Position numbers and translations under genes: made by a program
Assembly: GCF_037042905.1 (NCBI RefSeq)
Contig: NC_087251.1
Location: forward strand, 47,120,001-47,184,000
Direction: 5' to 3'
Length of the DNA stretch: 64,000 nt
Origin: Lytechinus pictus
Lineage: Eukaryota
The notes under the pieces: generated by a model
Database searches by the model: none
Seen by the model: the letters and a program-made list of their open reading frames with translations, nothing else
Told to the model about the DNA's origin: nothing
Shown here: in pieces, positions 13,716 to 25,660 of the stretch
How the letters are laid out: every line of letters starts with the position of its first letter
Position numbering within the stretch: the stretch's first letter is position 1

Positions 13716-14545
13716 GGGTGTGTTTATGCTTCCATTGCGAGGACAGAATCAGCGTTTTCAAACGTCGATCCAAAACGCCGATCGTAAACGTGGTTCTGGG
13801 AGTGCTGTTTATGCTTAACTTTTCAGAGGCGAAATCACGATCTCCAGCTGGCTTCGCATCGTAATTTTCGTTGAGCAGGAAAGCGAGGTCAAATTGGGCG
13901 CGCTCTTTTTCGAAAGTTTTTTTCTCCAAGTGTTGTTATGGGGAAGGTACGTCGACTGTTATATAAACATCGAACAATTTCCGATATTTTAGTCATTGCA
14001 TGGAGCTTCTTGATATAGCCATATAATTTCCACCATGGTGAGGATAATAGTAAAAAAAAAAGAATATTAAGTATACAAAATGATAAAATATCTATTTGTT
14101 TATGCTACTGGGGCATCTTGCGATGTCTCCTCATTATAACTCATGTTCCAGGTTATTTTTTTGTGTAAATTCCTCAACGTTCATCGTGATGACAAATTGA
14201 AAGAGTAATACTAGGAATAGTACTACACATGCAAAACAAGGGAGATGAGAGGTAATTCCGTGGAGGTAACATGCGACCATGGAGCAATGCGACTGTATTT
14301 GCCCGCGGATTTTCATCTCACCGGAAGCAAGTACCAAATGACGTCATTTAAACACGTTTACGATCGTGGTTCAGAAAGCCTGATTCTGGTCAAACGACGT
14401 TTACAAACGCACCTTTTTGTGAGTTTACGATCGGTGTTTTGAAACAGCGTTTAAATGAAAGTAAGCATGGACGCAACCGTGTTTTGGACTAATCACGTTT
14501 GGAAACGCTGATTCTGGCCTGAAAAGTGGAAGCATAAACACGGCC
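13716..14545. mobile_element. Non-autonomous TIR element (PIF/Harbinger-like MITE)
   Basis: Left GGGTGTGTTTATGCTTCCA..AGGACAGAATCAGCGTTT is the imperfect inverse of right AAACGCTGATTCTGGCCT..TGGAAGCATAAACACGGCC. Flanks are TTT and TTA. Confidence 0.7.
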
Positions 14546-14718
14546 TTAGATTACCTCAAGTGATGTTTTTGCAGGCTCTACTTCACTACTGTTACACTAC
14601 GCTCCACCTACCTGAACATCAAGCCCGTGAACTCGCTCTGATACTCCGAGTGACAAAGGTGGGAAAACATGCATATTTATACGTATGAATAATTCGCTGC
14701 CGATTTCAAAACATTGCA

Positions 14719-14730
14719 TGCGCATGCGCG
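14719..14730. promoter_or_regulatory. NRF1/P3A2-type consensus site TGCGCATGCGCG, candidate element of the BRF1 promoter region
   Basis: Exact match to YGCGCATGCGCR, 2.7 kb upstream of the first coding exon in a locally CpG-rich patch. The TSS cannot be determined from sequence. Confidence 0.3.
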
Positions 14731-15207
14731 AGGGTCGGCAGCTCCGTCATTCTACTTTCACTAAAAGCTACATACTGTACACCAGGGATTTTGCCATGCT
14801 GGGCTGTACCAGGCGGAGCCTCCAGACAAGGCAAATTACCACTGGACTCTTGGGTTAAAGTTGGATGTTCCACCTGGCACAAATTTTCTGAAAAATAAAA
14901 AAATACTGGTAGAACCAAACTTTGCTGAATATGCAGTACTAATATGCACCAATTCAATTGTATTTCAAGCTGGCAAAGTCATAGGCCTATTCTTTGCACA
15001 ATGCAAATTCTGCATGCACTCATCATCGATCTCGAGCAAAATTATTCTGTTGTGAAACTCAGCTTCCCAGCTTCGCCTCTTCATATTTTACTCGGCACTA
15101 AATTGGTCATAGTTAGAACCCTGCTGTACTTTTCTCACTCCTGTACTTCCCCATTGAATTTTGGTACTGCACTCAAATGAAACTTACATGTGTATTACCC
15201 ATGCTAT

Positions 15208-15795
15208 TTAAAGGTCAAGTCCACCCCAGAAAAAAATGAATAGAGAAAAATCAAGTATTAATAAAGCTGAAAACTTCATCAAAATCGGATGTAAAATAAG
15301 AAAATCATGACATTTTAAAGTTCCGCTTAATTTTCACAAAATAGTTATATGCTCAACTCAGTGATATGCAAAGAGAGAGTCTATGATGTCACTCACTCAC
15401 TATTTCTTTTGTTTTTTATTGTTTGAATTTTACATTATTTCAATTTTTACGAATTTGACAATTAGTACCCCCTTGCTTTAACAACAAAATGTTAAAATAA
15501 TGGAATTCCATGTGTTTAGGGAGGAATTAAACTTTGTTTCACATGACAGTGATGAGAAAATCAAAATATTTCATATTTCATATAATAAAATACAAAAGAA
15601 ATAGTGAGTGGGTGATGTCATCGGTTCCCTCATTTGCATACCGAACAGGGTGTACATATAACTGTTTTGTGAAATTAAGCGAAACTTTAAAATGTATTTT
15701 ACATCCGATTTTGATGAACTTTTCAGTGTTATGCTTGTTTGATTTTTCTCTTTCTATTCAAATCAGCTTTTTGTTGGGGTGGACTTGTCCTTTAA
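15208..15795. mobile_element. Kolobok-like MITE, family A
   Basis: TTAA-AGGTCAAGTCCACCCC ... GGGGTGGACTTGTCCT-TTAA. TTAA TSD with purine (AG) termini. Six copies in the window. Confidence 0.85.
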
Positions 15796-17481
15796 GATCT
15801 TGCCTACCCATCCCCTACTTTTCCTGTGTTACATATAGCTGTAATTCATGGTTACAAACAAAACCATCAAAATTACTTAAAACTGAGCATATTTTGGAAA
15901 TGACAACAGTTTTCAGATAGGTTACTATATTTTGATTTCTAAGAATAAATTGGTATTTGGTGACCTTCTGTTAATTTCCAAAACAAATGAATTATTTGTA
16001 ATGTTTGAATTTATTTGACATCTAGTAAATTTATATTATGTATTTCTATGAACACCTTACATTTTTTAGTACTTGAATTTTTCTTTGCTGAAGAAAACCA
16101 CATTGTTTGATATAAAAAGCTGCTTCTGAATGATCATACATGTAGTTTCCATAGATGTTTCTCACTTTTTCTTTGATTTTCCATGTGACAATTTCATGAT
16201 GAATGGGAAAGTTGTCTCTACGCCTTGTCATAGTTTACTCACAAAATTGCCAGTTTGATATTTACAGTCTTAGTGATCTGTTTACTGAATTTTCTGATAT
16301 CTTTCAACAATCACCATTTTTCCCCTAATTTTTCTACTTTGACACAAATTGATGTAAAATCAAGGTTGGATTTTTCATCAAGTGAATAATTGTGCAAAAA
16401 ATGTGTGGATATTGTTTGCACTATGGTCATGATTGCGCAATCTTCACATGATAACAGCAATTTCAACACAGCAATATCATCATTGGACTCAGTATTCATG
16501 TCCTAATTTTTTTTTCCATTAGTAAATTTGAGATCTATTGATAACTTGCAAGTTAAAATAAGTAGTGATTTTTATCTCAATGCTCATGAAGTTTACCAAT
16601 GACATACTGAATTCAAGAGATTACTTGCATAGACAACCACCATGCAGACTGCATACATGTAGACTACTTAAGGATTTCACTTTGCAGTACAGGTCACCTC
16701 CTGGTCTTGATTCAAACTGCAAGCTCTTTTCTCGAGAGGAAACAGCACTATCCACTTCCTTGCCTCATGTCCAGTCTTCCTGGAGCAGTACTTGGTCCTG
16801 CTACATCATGTTGAGGACCTTGATTTGCCTGTCTTCGTCATGAATGATCTTTTACTGGAAGTGATTTCCTTGTCCGTTCATCTTCTATCGTCTTCCCTTC
16901 ACAATACCTGCCCCTAAACCCTCCTCCTCTTCCGGCTCCTATTTGACATGTCACTGCTTAATCCGTTGGAGACTGAGATGGCACATATTCGGGCTGGAGT
17001 CTACAGAAAACGCATGTTATAGCGAAATCTCCAACGTCTTAAAAGAATACTCACGACAACAGCATTACCTAGAGATGACCTCTTGACCCACTCAACATTT
17101 TCTCTCGTAGCCAGACTCGGTATACAGTAGGATGGGTAAAAAACAACATCACAATTCTTTTACTATTACCACGACTTTAACACGGCTATCCTGATCAGGT
17201 GCTCGAGCATTCAAGGAATTCCTTCCGAGCAGGTACACATTTATTACCCCTGGATGGAGAGTGGCACATGTAGATAAATGCCTGGCCAAAGGACGTGATT
17301 GTCTTGTTTTATCCATACCCTTGGTGTTACATATACATGTATATCTTCAGAAGTCACTGGAGCACATGGCTATGTTCTATAGTTTGTGTGCATCATTCAA
17401 AGATCTAATTATTTCTATATTCTTATATGTATTTACAGAAAGTTTCATAAGAGCAGTTAGACCACTTCAGACATACCAGCT

Positions 17482-17668
17482 ATGTCTAAGGCAGCGGTCT
17501 GCAGCAACTGCGGCGGGAGCGACATCGACACTGACCAGGCTCGTGGTAATGCTGTATGCGTGTCCTGTGGAGCGGTCATTGAAGATAACTTCATCGTCTC
17601 GGAGGTAGGCTTTGCAGAGAACACGCTCGGAGGAACGTCTGTGATTGGCCAGTTTGTCTCGTCTGAAG
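17482..17668 (+). CDS. BRF1: BRF1 (TFIIIB 90 kDa subunit) coding exon 1, TFIIB-type zinc ribbon
   Basis: [44 protein letters not shown]...IGQFVS: CxxC...CxxC ribbon characteristic of BRF1. Donor G|GTGAC (phase 1). An upstream acceptor TTTACAG at 17432-17438 implies a further 5'UTR exon. Confidence 0.96.
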
Positions 17669-18084
17669 GTGACTTGATATTGATTTTTATCTCAATTAAT
17701 TTAATTTATTTCTACAAATGTGACATAAAAATAACGATAATATATAGTAATAACATAAATACAATAACACATTCAGAAGAGAACAAAATTGATGTAAAAG
17801 TATGTTTAAGAAGAATGTAAATAAGATTAGCAAATGTAGAAATAACTAAAAAACGATTTATTGAGGACTACCCTAATTCACAATAAAAATTCATTTTGTT
17901 TTTTTTTACCTTGAATTGCTTCTTTTTCAATTACAGTTCTTAGAACGTATATCCTTATTGAAGGAAATGTATTAGACAAAACATCTTGTTTCTTTTCATT
18001 GTGTTATTTGCATATACCTACAGAACAATATTGTATTTTATAAGCAACTTATTGACTATTTTTCAACTTCTCTTATTCCAACAG

Positions 18085-18162
18085 GTGATAAGACCCATAC
18101 ACTGGGAAATAACTTTCGACATGGCTTTGGTAAAGAATCTAGAACAGTTACACTGCAGCAAG
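18085..18162 (+). CDS. BRF1: BRF1 coding exon 2
   Basis: CAG|GT..G|GTAAAC, 78 nt, GDKTHTLGNNFRHGFGKESRTVTLQQG (conserved GKESR..TL..G). Confidence 0.93.
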
Positions 18163-18995
18163 GTAAACTTTAAATCTAACCTTTCTGTCCTATAATATTC
18201 ATATGGAGTACAGAGTAAAACCAATGTACAAACTTCATTGCAAAGTGCCTTATCGATTAATTTCACATGATAAGTAATACTACAAAGTTTTTTTTTAAAT
18301 CCTTGTTAAACTAAAATTGAAAAGTTTTTTTTGCAATGAGTTTTATGCAACTCTTGTTGGATTGTGACTTCATTAGCATCTGGATTTATTCATCACAGGC
18401 AATGTTTACTTTGGGACTGGTCAAATTCAAAGCCGAAATGAGGACAATAAGAGGGGGGGGGGGGGGAGAGCTACTCTTAAAAGAATACATGCAGTATTGT
18501 ACATTTGAATACAATTGCTGAAATGATCTAGAATCTTGTATAGATATAGAAGATCACTTTCCAGCTAATGCCCGTCGCACACTACACGATTAGATTTGAC
18601 ATGATTTTTAACACATTTTGAATTAAATGTGAAAGTCCCAAGGAGTAAAATTTGCTCATTGGAAGGTTGGTAGCTCTGGGCACTGTCTTACAAAGAGTTG
18701 CTATTGATAGATCAAACACAACTATGGAAAGCCAGCAACACCAACATTTAAAATGCCTGTTTGTTAAAAATGGTTCTAGATATGATGTATATTCATACAT
18801 TTATTGACAATTGAGTGTGCTCCTCTCTGTTAACAAAGGACATTATGGAAAGTTCTTGAAGGAAATGTAGGAAAAAAATTGACATTGATAGATTTCCATA
18901 CACAGTTGATGAGATTGATCAGATCAATCACAGTTCTTTGTAAGACAGTACCCTGATGTTATATCTGATTTGTAACCATTTTCTCTTTTTCATAG

Positions 18996-19169
18996 GTAAG
19001 AGAAACATCCAGCACATGGGAGGTCAGTTGAAATTAAACCAGCATCGTAATGACATGGCATATAACTTCTTCAAGATGGCCGTCCAGAAGAAGTTGACCC
19101 GAGGAAGGAAGACCATGCACATTGTGGCAGCATGTCTGTACCTGGTCTGTCGACTTGAAGGCACCCCTC
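18996..19169 (+). CDS. BRF1: BRF1 coding exon 3 (cyclin-fold repeat 1)
   Basis: 174 nt, [16 protein letters not shown]...[37 protein letters not shown]. Ends at the U12 donor GTATCCTTT. Confidence 0.96.
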
Positions 19170-19233
19170 GTATCCTTTTAAAACTTGAGAAATGTAGTCG
19201 CAGCAGACAATGATTTCATGAGAAGGTCTTTAA

Positions 19234-19512
19234 GAAGCGCCGTGGTGTAGCGGTTCTGACTCTCGCCCTGTAATCAGAGGGTCGTGTGTTCCGATCCCAC
19301 CATGGCCCAGCGTCCTTTGGCAAGGCATCAATCCACACTTTGTCACTCTCACCCAGGTGCTAATTGGGTACCGATAGGAAACAACCGTCATTGTGGTTGG
19401 TTTAGCAAGTGTGCGCCTGACAGGCTGCTTGAAATGCTATGAATCCAGTGACCGGGTAATAATGATTGTGTAGCACTTTGAGCATATATATAAATGCCAA
19501 TTATTATTATTT
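19234..19512 (+). mobile_element. tRNA-derived SINE
   Basis: tRNA-like head with A box (TGGTGTAGCGG) and degenerate B box (GTTCCGATCC). Central GTCCTTTGGCAAGGCA..CACCCAGGTG..ATTGGGTACC domain and (TTA)n tail. Confidence 0.8.
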
Positions 19513-19634
19513 TTATTTTAAAATCAAGGTTTATTGTCACAATATAATCGTAGATTAAGACCTGGGTCCCATAACACAAATGATAGCGAATTATAATACA
19601 CATTTTTATGATTTTTATGATTGATTGTACACTG

Positions 19635-20219
19635 ATGTTGTTTGAAGGTTTGCATGGTGGTATGTACAATCGCTGATGTGGTTTACGGTACACCATGTGT
19701 AGTGTCATAGAAACAGTGGATAGAAGAAGAGAAGAAATGGATAGGCGAGAAAGTGGAGATTTGAGAGTAGAGTATTCTTTCTTGTAAGTAGTCCTGAAAA
19801 GGACTGTAAACCAGGAAAGATTGAAGAGTTGAGAACAGCTTGAGTAGTAGCGCCGATGAGGAGATGCTGGCTTGAGTAGGCGAGTAGAGATGGTGAGTAG
19901 TAGAGAGACTCGACGTTTCGGGCAGGTTGACTGTCCGTCTTCAGAAGACGGACAGTCAACCTGCCCGAAACGTCGAGTCTCTCTACTACTCACCATCTCT
20001 ACTCGCCTACTCAAGCCAGCATCTCCTCATCGGCGCTACTACTCAAGCTGTTCTCAACTCTTCAATCTTTCCTGGTTTACAGTCCTTTTCAGGACTACTT
20101 ACAAGAAAGAATACTCTACTCTCAAATCTCCACTTTCTCGCCTATCCATTTCTTCTCTTCTTCTATCCACTGTTTCTATGACACTACACATGGTGTACCG
20201 TAAACCACATCAGCGATTG
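19635..20219 (-). mobile_element. Penelope-like element pLTR fragment in inverted (palindromic) duplication, with hammerhead ribozyme core
   Basis: Perfect inverted repeat 19667-19942 / 19944-20219 with a 1-nt spacer. The - strand reads CTGAAGA-C-GGACAG-TCAAC-CTGCCC-GAAAC-GTCGA-GTC. Flanked by the 16-bp direct repeat GATTGATTGTACACTG (19619-19634, 20215-20230). Inserted within a short MITE (GGGTCCCATAACACAAA at 19564 ... TTTGTGTTAAGGGCCC at ~20294). Confidence 0.7.
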
Positions 20220-20853
20220 ATTGTACACTGTAGTCAATGCAATCGATCATAAAGATATTTTTAGGATGGTTGCTAAGCTTTGTGTTAAGGGCCCCATTTA
20301 CATAAACCTAACATTGTGAAATCAGGAAATCTAAGCTGAAACCCCCCCCTGAGTACACTTAAGATTGCCATCGCAGATTAGCACATATGGGACAGTTTAT
20401 TAGAATTATTGCTGAGAAAATGACCTGGCTGAAATGCTTTGCTTGTACCATAATTTTTTGGCAGATAATTCAAGCTCTTAGATGGTAATTTAATTTGATT
20501 CTGTTAAAACTCAGTTTGAAAATTGATACCACAACTGGCTCTTATCCTTTGACCAGCTACCTTTGGTTTGATAAAAATATGCGGATAGTACAAGATGAGT
20601 GTCGCGCTTCTCGAGGACAAGTATGTGGCCTTGACCATTTGTACAATTTGTCAAAAAGGAGAAATTTGAGATATATTATTGTCTCTAGAATCGTATTGGT
20701 GATATAATTATTATAATCTTAGTATTTGCTGTAATGCTGTAATAATATGCTGTAACGCGCTTTGAGCCATTCTGGGAAAAGCGCTTTATAAAAATTGGCT
20801 ATTATTATTATTATTATTATTTGTATATCATCCTTAATATAAACTTTGAACAG

Positions 20854-20885
20854 ATATGTTGCTGGATCTCAGTGATTTACTGCAG
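20854..20885 (+). CDS. BRF1: BRF1 coding exon 4 (32-nt mini-exon)
   Basis: CAG|AT ATG TTG CTG GAT CTC AGT GAT TTA CTG CAG|GTAAG = HMLLDLSDLLQ, highly conserved in BRF1. Confidence 0.96.
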
Positions 20886-20974
20886 GTAAGCCATTTAAAC
20901 AGCTAATATTCTACAATTAAATTAATGTGGTTTTTAATCTATGGTTGAAGTATGGGTAGCCAAAATGTAAAACG

Positions 20975-21485
20975 TTAAAGGGATGGTCCGGGCTGAAAAT
21001 ATTAATATCTTAATACATAGAGTAGAATTCACTGAGCAAAATGCCGAAAATTTCATCAAAATCGGATAACAAATAATATAGTTATTGAAGTTTAAAGTTT
21101 AGCAATATTTTGTGAAAACAGTCATCATGAATATTCATTAGGTGGGCTGATGATGTCACATCCCCACTCTCCGTTTTCTTATGTTATTACATAAAATCAT
21201 AATTTTTTCATTATTTCATACTTGTGTGAATATGTCTCCCTTATAATGAAATAAGTTGCAGCAATAAATATCTATTACACTAAATCAGTTGTCAATCCAA
21301 TTTTTCTAGTTCTTGGAGGAAAAAAAGCCCACCTAATGAATATTCATGATTACTGTTTTCACAAAATATTGCTAAACTTTTGTTATTTGTTATCCGATTT
21401 TGATGAAATTTTCGGCATTTTGCTCAGTGAATTCTAACTCTATTTATTAAGCTATAAATACTTTCAGCCTGGACCATCCCTTTAA
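20975..21485. mobile_element. Kolobok-like MITE, family B (internally deleted)
   Basis: TTAA-AGGGATGGTCCGGGCTGAAA ... TTTCAGCCTGGACCATCCCT-TTAA with long TIRs. Near-identical to 55852-56440. Confidence 0.88.
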
Positions 21486-22682
21486 ATGTGCCTTCATTAG
21501 TTTATTGCTGAATTTCTTGGTCCCCATTGCAAAAAACTTACCTACTATTGAGATAACTTTGCCATCCAATGGTAACTTTCATGGCTAGGTAATAACACTT
21601 AACACCCAATCAAAATCAAGAATGCCATTGGAGAATTGGTTGGCAACGTTATGGTGAATTTTATGCAACAAAATATAAAAACAGGAGTTTGATAACTGGA
21701 ATTACTGATAAATCAACTGTTTGATTAATGTCACTTTGGTTAATATATGCATTTCAATATTATTCACTCTTCATACAGAAAGTCATGTACGATTCTGTGA
21801 AAAACAGTACACTCAGGGTCGCACGGGCCTAATCACAACTGGCAGGCCATAGATATTCATTCGAGCCAACCCATTGCTCAATTTTTTAATTTGATATTGC
21901 TGATTGACAAAAATGAATGAATATGACTGACAATCTAACACTGATTCTAGGGAGGGTTCCTACTGAACTTACTTTTTCCAAATAGGAAAGTTATATTTGG
22001 AAAGTTATATCACCATTATGGAACTATATTTTACTGGCGGAAGAATTAGGGTCATTTTACTCTCTCAAGTGATGAATTTGGTCCCGGCAGGTGTAGTCTT
22101 CATAAATGCGGATTTATTTTTAAAATGAGCCGGTCGAGGTACCCTTTTCTGGTCAGATATGGAATGTCAGACATTTATTCTATCCACTGGTAGTAAACAT
22201 TCAACCCTCGAATTTCCTCCTTATTTTTTATGAATTCTTTTTAAGTGCCACTTTAACACACAAGTCTATGGGAAATGAATTAGGCCTGTGAGCCCCCAGG
22301 TCAAATGAGAGATGAATTTCATATAATACATTAGTCAAGAGAGGGCGGTAGACATATTGATTTCTTTCCATTGTTAAAGGCACAAAGGCAAACTTTGACT
22401 GAACATTATCAAAGTAGTGGGCATGCATGCTGGTTTGTGGTCATTGAATCAAATATTATTATTGAGACAATTCATTCTTTTAAAATTCAAAATGTCAGAA
22501 GAAAAATTAAAGCAGGGACTTGGAGATTATTTTTCCATTAGGGTTTTTCCTTGTTGAGTATCATTGTACTTGTGACTTGTATTCAGATAATGTCCTAAAA
22601 TTTTACTCCTATTTGATACAGGCAGATTGGTGTGAAAATATTGGTTCTGTATAATAGATCAGGTTATTGCATTAAGTATTTC

Positions 22683-23239
22683 TTAACCCTTTGAACCCTA
22701 AATTATCAGGGGCGGCCGTGACCCATACCCTGAATTATTTGCACGTATCGACCACATTTACAAACTCCCATGATTCGAGACCCAACGGCATGTTCCCCCC
22801 GCTAGTACGCGGACTGGGCTGGCTGAAGTTGTTTACCTTCTCGTAGACCTAGTCTACAAACAGAAATATCAACTTTAGTGTCTGTTTTGGGCTCAAAATC
22901 ACTGTTTTCACTACAGTCAGATCTATCATTGCTTCCCCATAGTAAGCACGTGACTCGCCGCGTATTACACCATGTATTACCGCACATACCACATGAGAAA
23001 CCGCAGAAAAGTGGCATATTTGGGCCATTTTTATGCTAAATCCTTCCGAAATCAATACCATTCTTGACTGAAATTATTGACTTAATATCCCTACACGTAC
23101 TAGAAAGATGACGTCATTTTTCAAAGGTCACCTGACATTTAAAACCCATGTTTTTGAAGTCACATGGCTTCCGGCCTATCGGGTATATGCGCGTTCACTG
23201 GAAGGCCGGAATTCAGGCTTATCGGGTACAAAAGGTTCA
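22683..23239. mobile_element. piggyBac-like non-autonomous element
   Basis: TTAA-CCCTTTGAACCC ... GGGTACAAAAGG-TTCA imperfect termini enclosing a CpG-richer interior. Confidence 0.5.
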
Positions 23240-23435
23240 GTGTATTGCAATAAAAAAAAGCAATATTACCAAAAAGAAGATTTAATTGTTTCAAATTTTA
23301 TATTTTGATTTCACAATATCATAGCAAGAGCGCAAAGATATTTCCTCCACGGGGCTACTATGATTTCCAATGACAATAATAGCAGTGATAATAATAATGA
23401 TATTCATTTCATATCTATATCCATATTTTTTACAG

Positions 23436-23508
23436 GTTAATGTGTATGTCCTCGGTAAGACCTACCTCAAGTTGTGTCAAGAATTGCACATCAACGCTCC
23501 TGCGATCG
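23436..23508 (+). CDS. BRF1: BRF1 coding exon 5
   Basis: TTTTTTACAG|GTT..ATC G|GTAAGT, 73 nt, VNVYVLGKTYLKLCQELHINAPAI. Confidence 0.96.
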
Positions 23509-24431
23509 GTAAGTCTTTCATTGATATTTATGAAACTATTCCATCATACAGAAAAGTTGCAACAACAAAGCTTGGCAACATTTTGTGTACAAAGGCAACG
23601 TGATATTTGTGTGACAAATTGGCAGTAGACCTGTTTTTGTTGTTGCTTTATAGCTTTCTAAAGTTGTGGACTGATTCAAAAGTAATTTTTGTCAAAAGTT
23701 GCTGTGACCAACTCTTGACATCAAAATGATTTGGCTCATGAAACTCATGATTGAATAACTGTGATATCATGTGTTTGTCTGCATAACTCGCAATAATATT
23801 TTCTGTCGAGATGATGCGTGCAGAATATATAATTGATCTCACCATGTGGATGTGCCTACAATGTATAATCTGTCTCACACAAATGTTGCTGTGTTTAATT
23901 GCATCTTGTCTGACTGAGGCTTTAGTATAGATACTGCATTCTTTATTCCCACATGTTTAATTAGTATTCCGCTCCTTGAGATAAGCCTTGAGGCTAAAAT
24001 GTGTCCCCTTGACTTTATCCTTAGCCTTGTATGGCTTGCCATTGTCCTTGGCCTTGGGATTTGATCCTTGGATGAGGCCTGGAAATATTTCAAAAAATTG
24101 AAGGAAATATGGAAAGATGCAGAGTTGCGGAGAGTTGCTAGCCAGGGTTTGGTTATTTTAATGACAAAAACATGCTAACTGAAAGAAGTATATAGCGGCA
24201 GCGATTGCATGAATGGCCTGCACGTCTATAGCCTCTTTGAGGCGTTCAAGTGCAGTATTCACAAGACAAGACAAGACAAGACAGAAAAAATGTAACTTTG
24301 GCCAACAGTTATGTCGCTTCACTCCAGTTTATGAACGTTTTTGTGTTGCTGTGGGGTGGCATGATTATTTTTTGTCGGAGCCTTGGACTTGCATTACTCA
24401 TTCTTCATGTTTGGTTCTGTAAAGGTGGTGA

Positions 24432-25660
24432 AAATGATGATGATTGCATTTATGATAATGGTTGCATTAATGATGATGATGATGATTGCATTTGTGATAA
24501 TGGTTGCATTAATGATGATGATGATGATTGCATTTATGATAATGGTTGCATTAATGATGATGATGATAATTGCATTTATGATAATGGTTGCATTAATGAT
24601 GATGATGATGATTGCATTTGTGATAATGGTTGCATTAATGATGATGATAATTGCATTTATGATACTGGTTGCATTAATGATGATGATGATGATTGCATTT
24701 ATGATAATGGTTGCATTAATGATGATGATGATGATTGCATTTGTGATAATGGTTGCATTAATGATGATGATGATGATTGCATTTGTGATAATGGTTGCAT
24801 TAATGATGATGATTGCATTTGTGATAATGGTTACATTAATGATAATGATGATGATTGCATTTGTGATAATGGTTGCATTAATGATGATGATGATAATTGC
24901 ATTTATGATAATGGTTGCATTAATGATAATGATGATAATTGCATTTATGATAATGGTTGCATTAATGATGATGATGATAATTGCATTTATGATAATGGTT
25001 GCATTAATGATAATGATGATAATTGCATTTATGATAATGGTTGCATTAATGATGATGATGATGATTGCATTTATGATAATGGTTGCATTAATGATGATGA
25101 TGATAATTGCATTTATGATAATGGTTGCATTAATGATGATGATGATTGCATTTATGATAATGGTTGCATTAATGATGATGATGATAATTGCATTTATGAT
25201 AATGGTTGCATTAATGATGATGATGATTGCATTTATGATAATGGTTGCATTAATGATGATGATGATAATTGCATTTATGATAATGGTTGCATTAATGATG
25301 ATGATTGCATTTATGATAATGGTTGCATTAATGATGATGATGATGATTGCATTTATGATAATGGTTGCATTAATGATGATGATGATAATTGCATTTATGA
25401 TAATGGTTGCATTAATGATGATGATGATGATGATTGCATTTGTGATAATGGTTGCATTAATGATGATGATGATGATTGCATTTATGATAATGGTTGCATT
25501 AATGATGATGATGATGATTGCATTTGTGATAATGGTTGCATTAATGATGATGATGATTATTGCATTTATGATAATGATGACAATGATTGCATTAATGATG
25601 TTGATGAAAATAGTTGCATAAACGATGATGATGTTGATGATGATTGCAGTAATGATGATG
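24432..25660 (+). repeat. ~33-42 bp minisatellite (GAT)n-TGCATTTRTGATAATGGTTGCATTAAT with uninterrupted Asp/Cys/Asn reading frame
   Basis: About 30 units. All length variation is in multiples of 3. The frame reads (DDDDCIYDNGCIN)n to the stop at 25698. Confidence 0.95.

Larger units (their letters stand above)
19170..20853 (+). other. U12-type (minor spliceosome) GT-AG intron, BRF1 intron 3
   Basis: 5' splice site GTATCCTTTT. Branch site TCCTTAAT at 20831-20838, ~15 nt before CAG. No polypyrimidine tract. Flanking exons join in frame as TP-H-MLLDLS. Confidence 0.93.

Noticed and set aside
16695-16955. Coding-like purine-rich stretch on the - strand
   Set aside because: Multiple stops and frameshifts with no recognisable homology; probably a decayed element.
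19388-20252. Mirror-image ORFs MSRRVEMVSSRE... on both strands
   Set aside because: Produced by the perfect palindrome, not genes.
24383-25621. 412-aa Met-rich ORF
   Set aside because: Alternate frame of the (GAT)n-based minisatellite.
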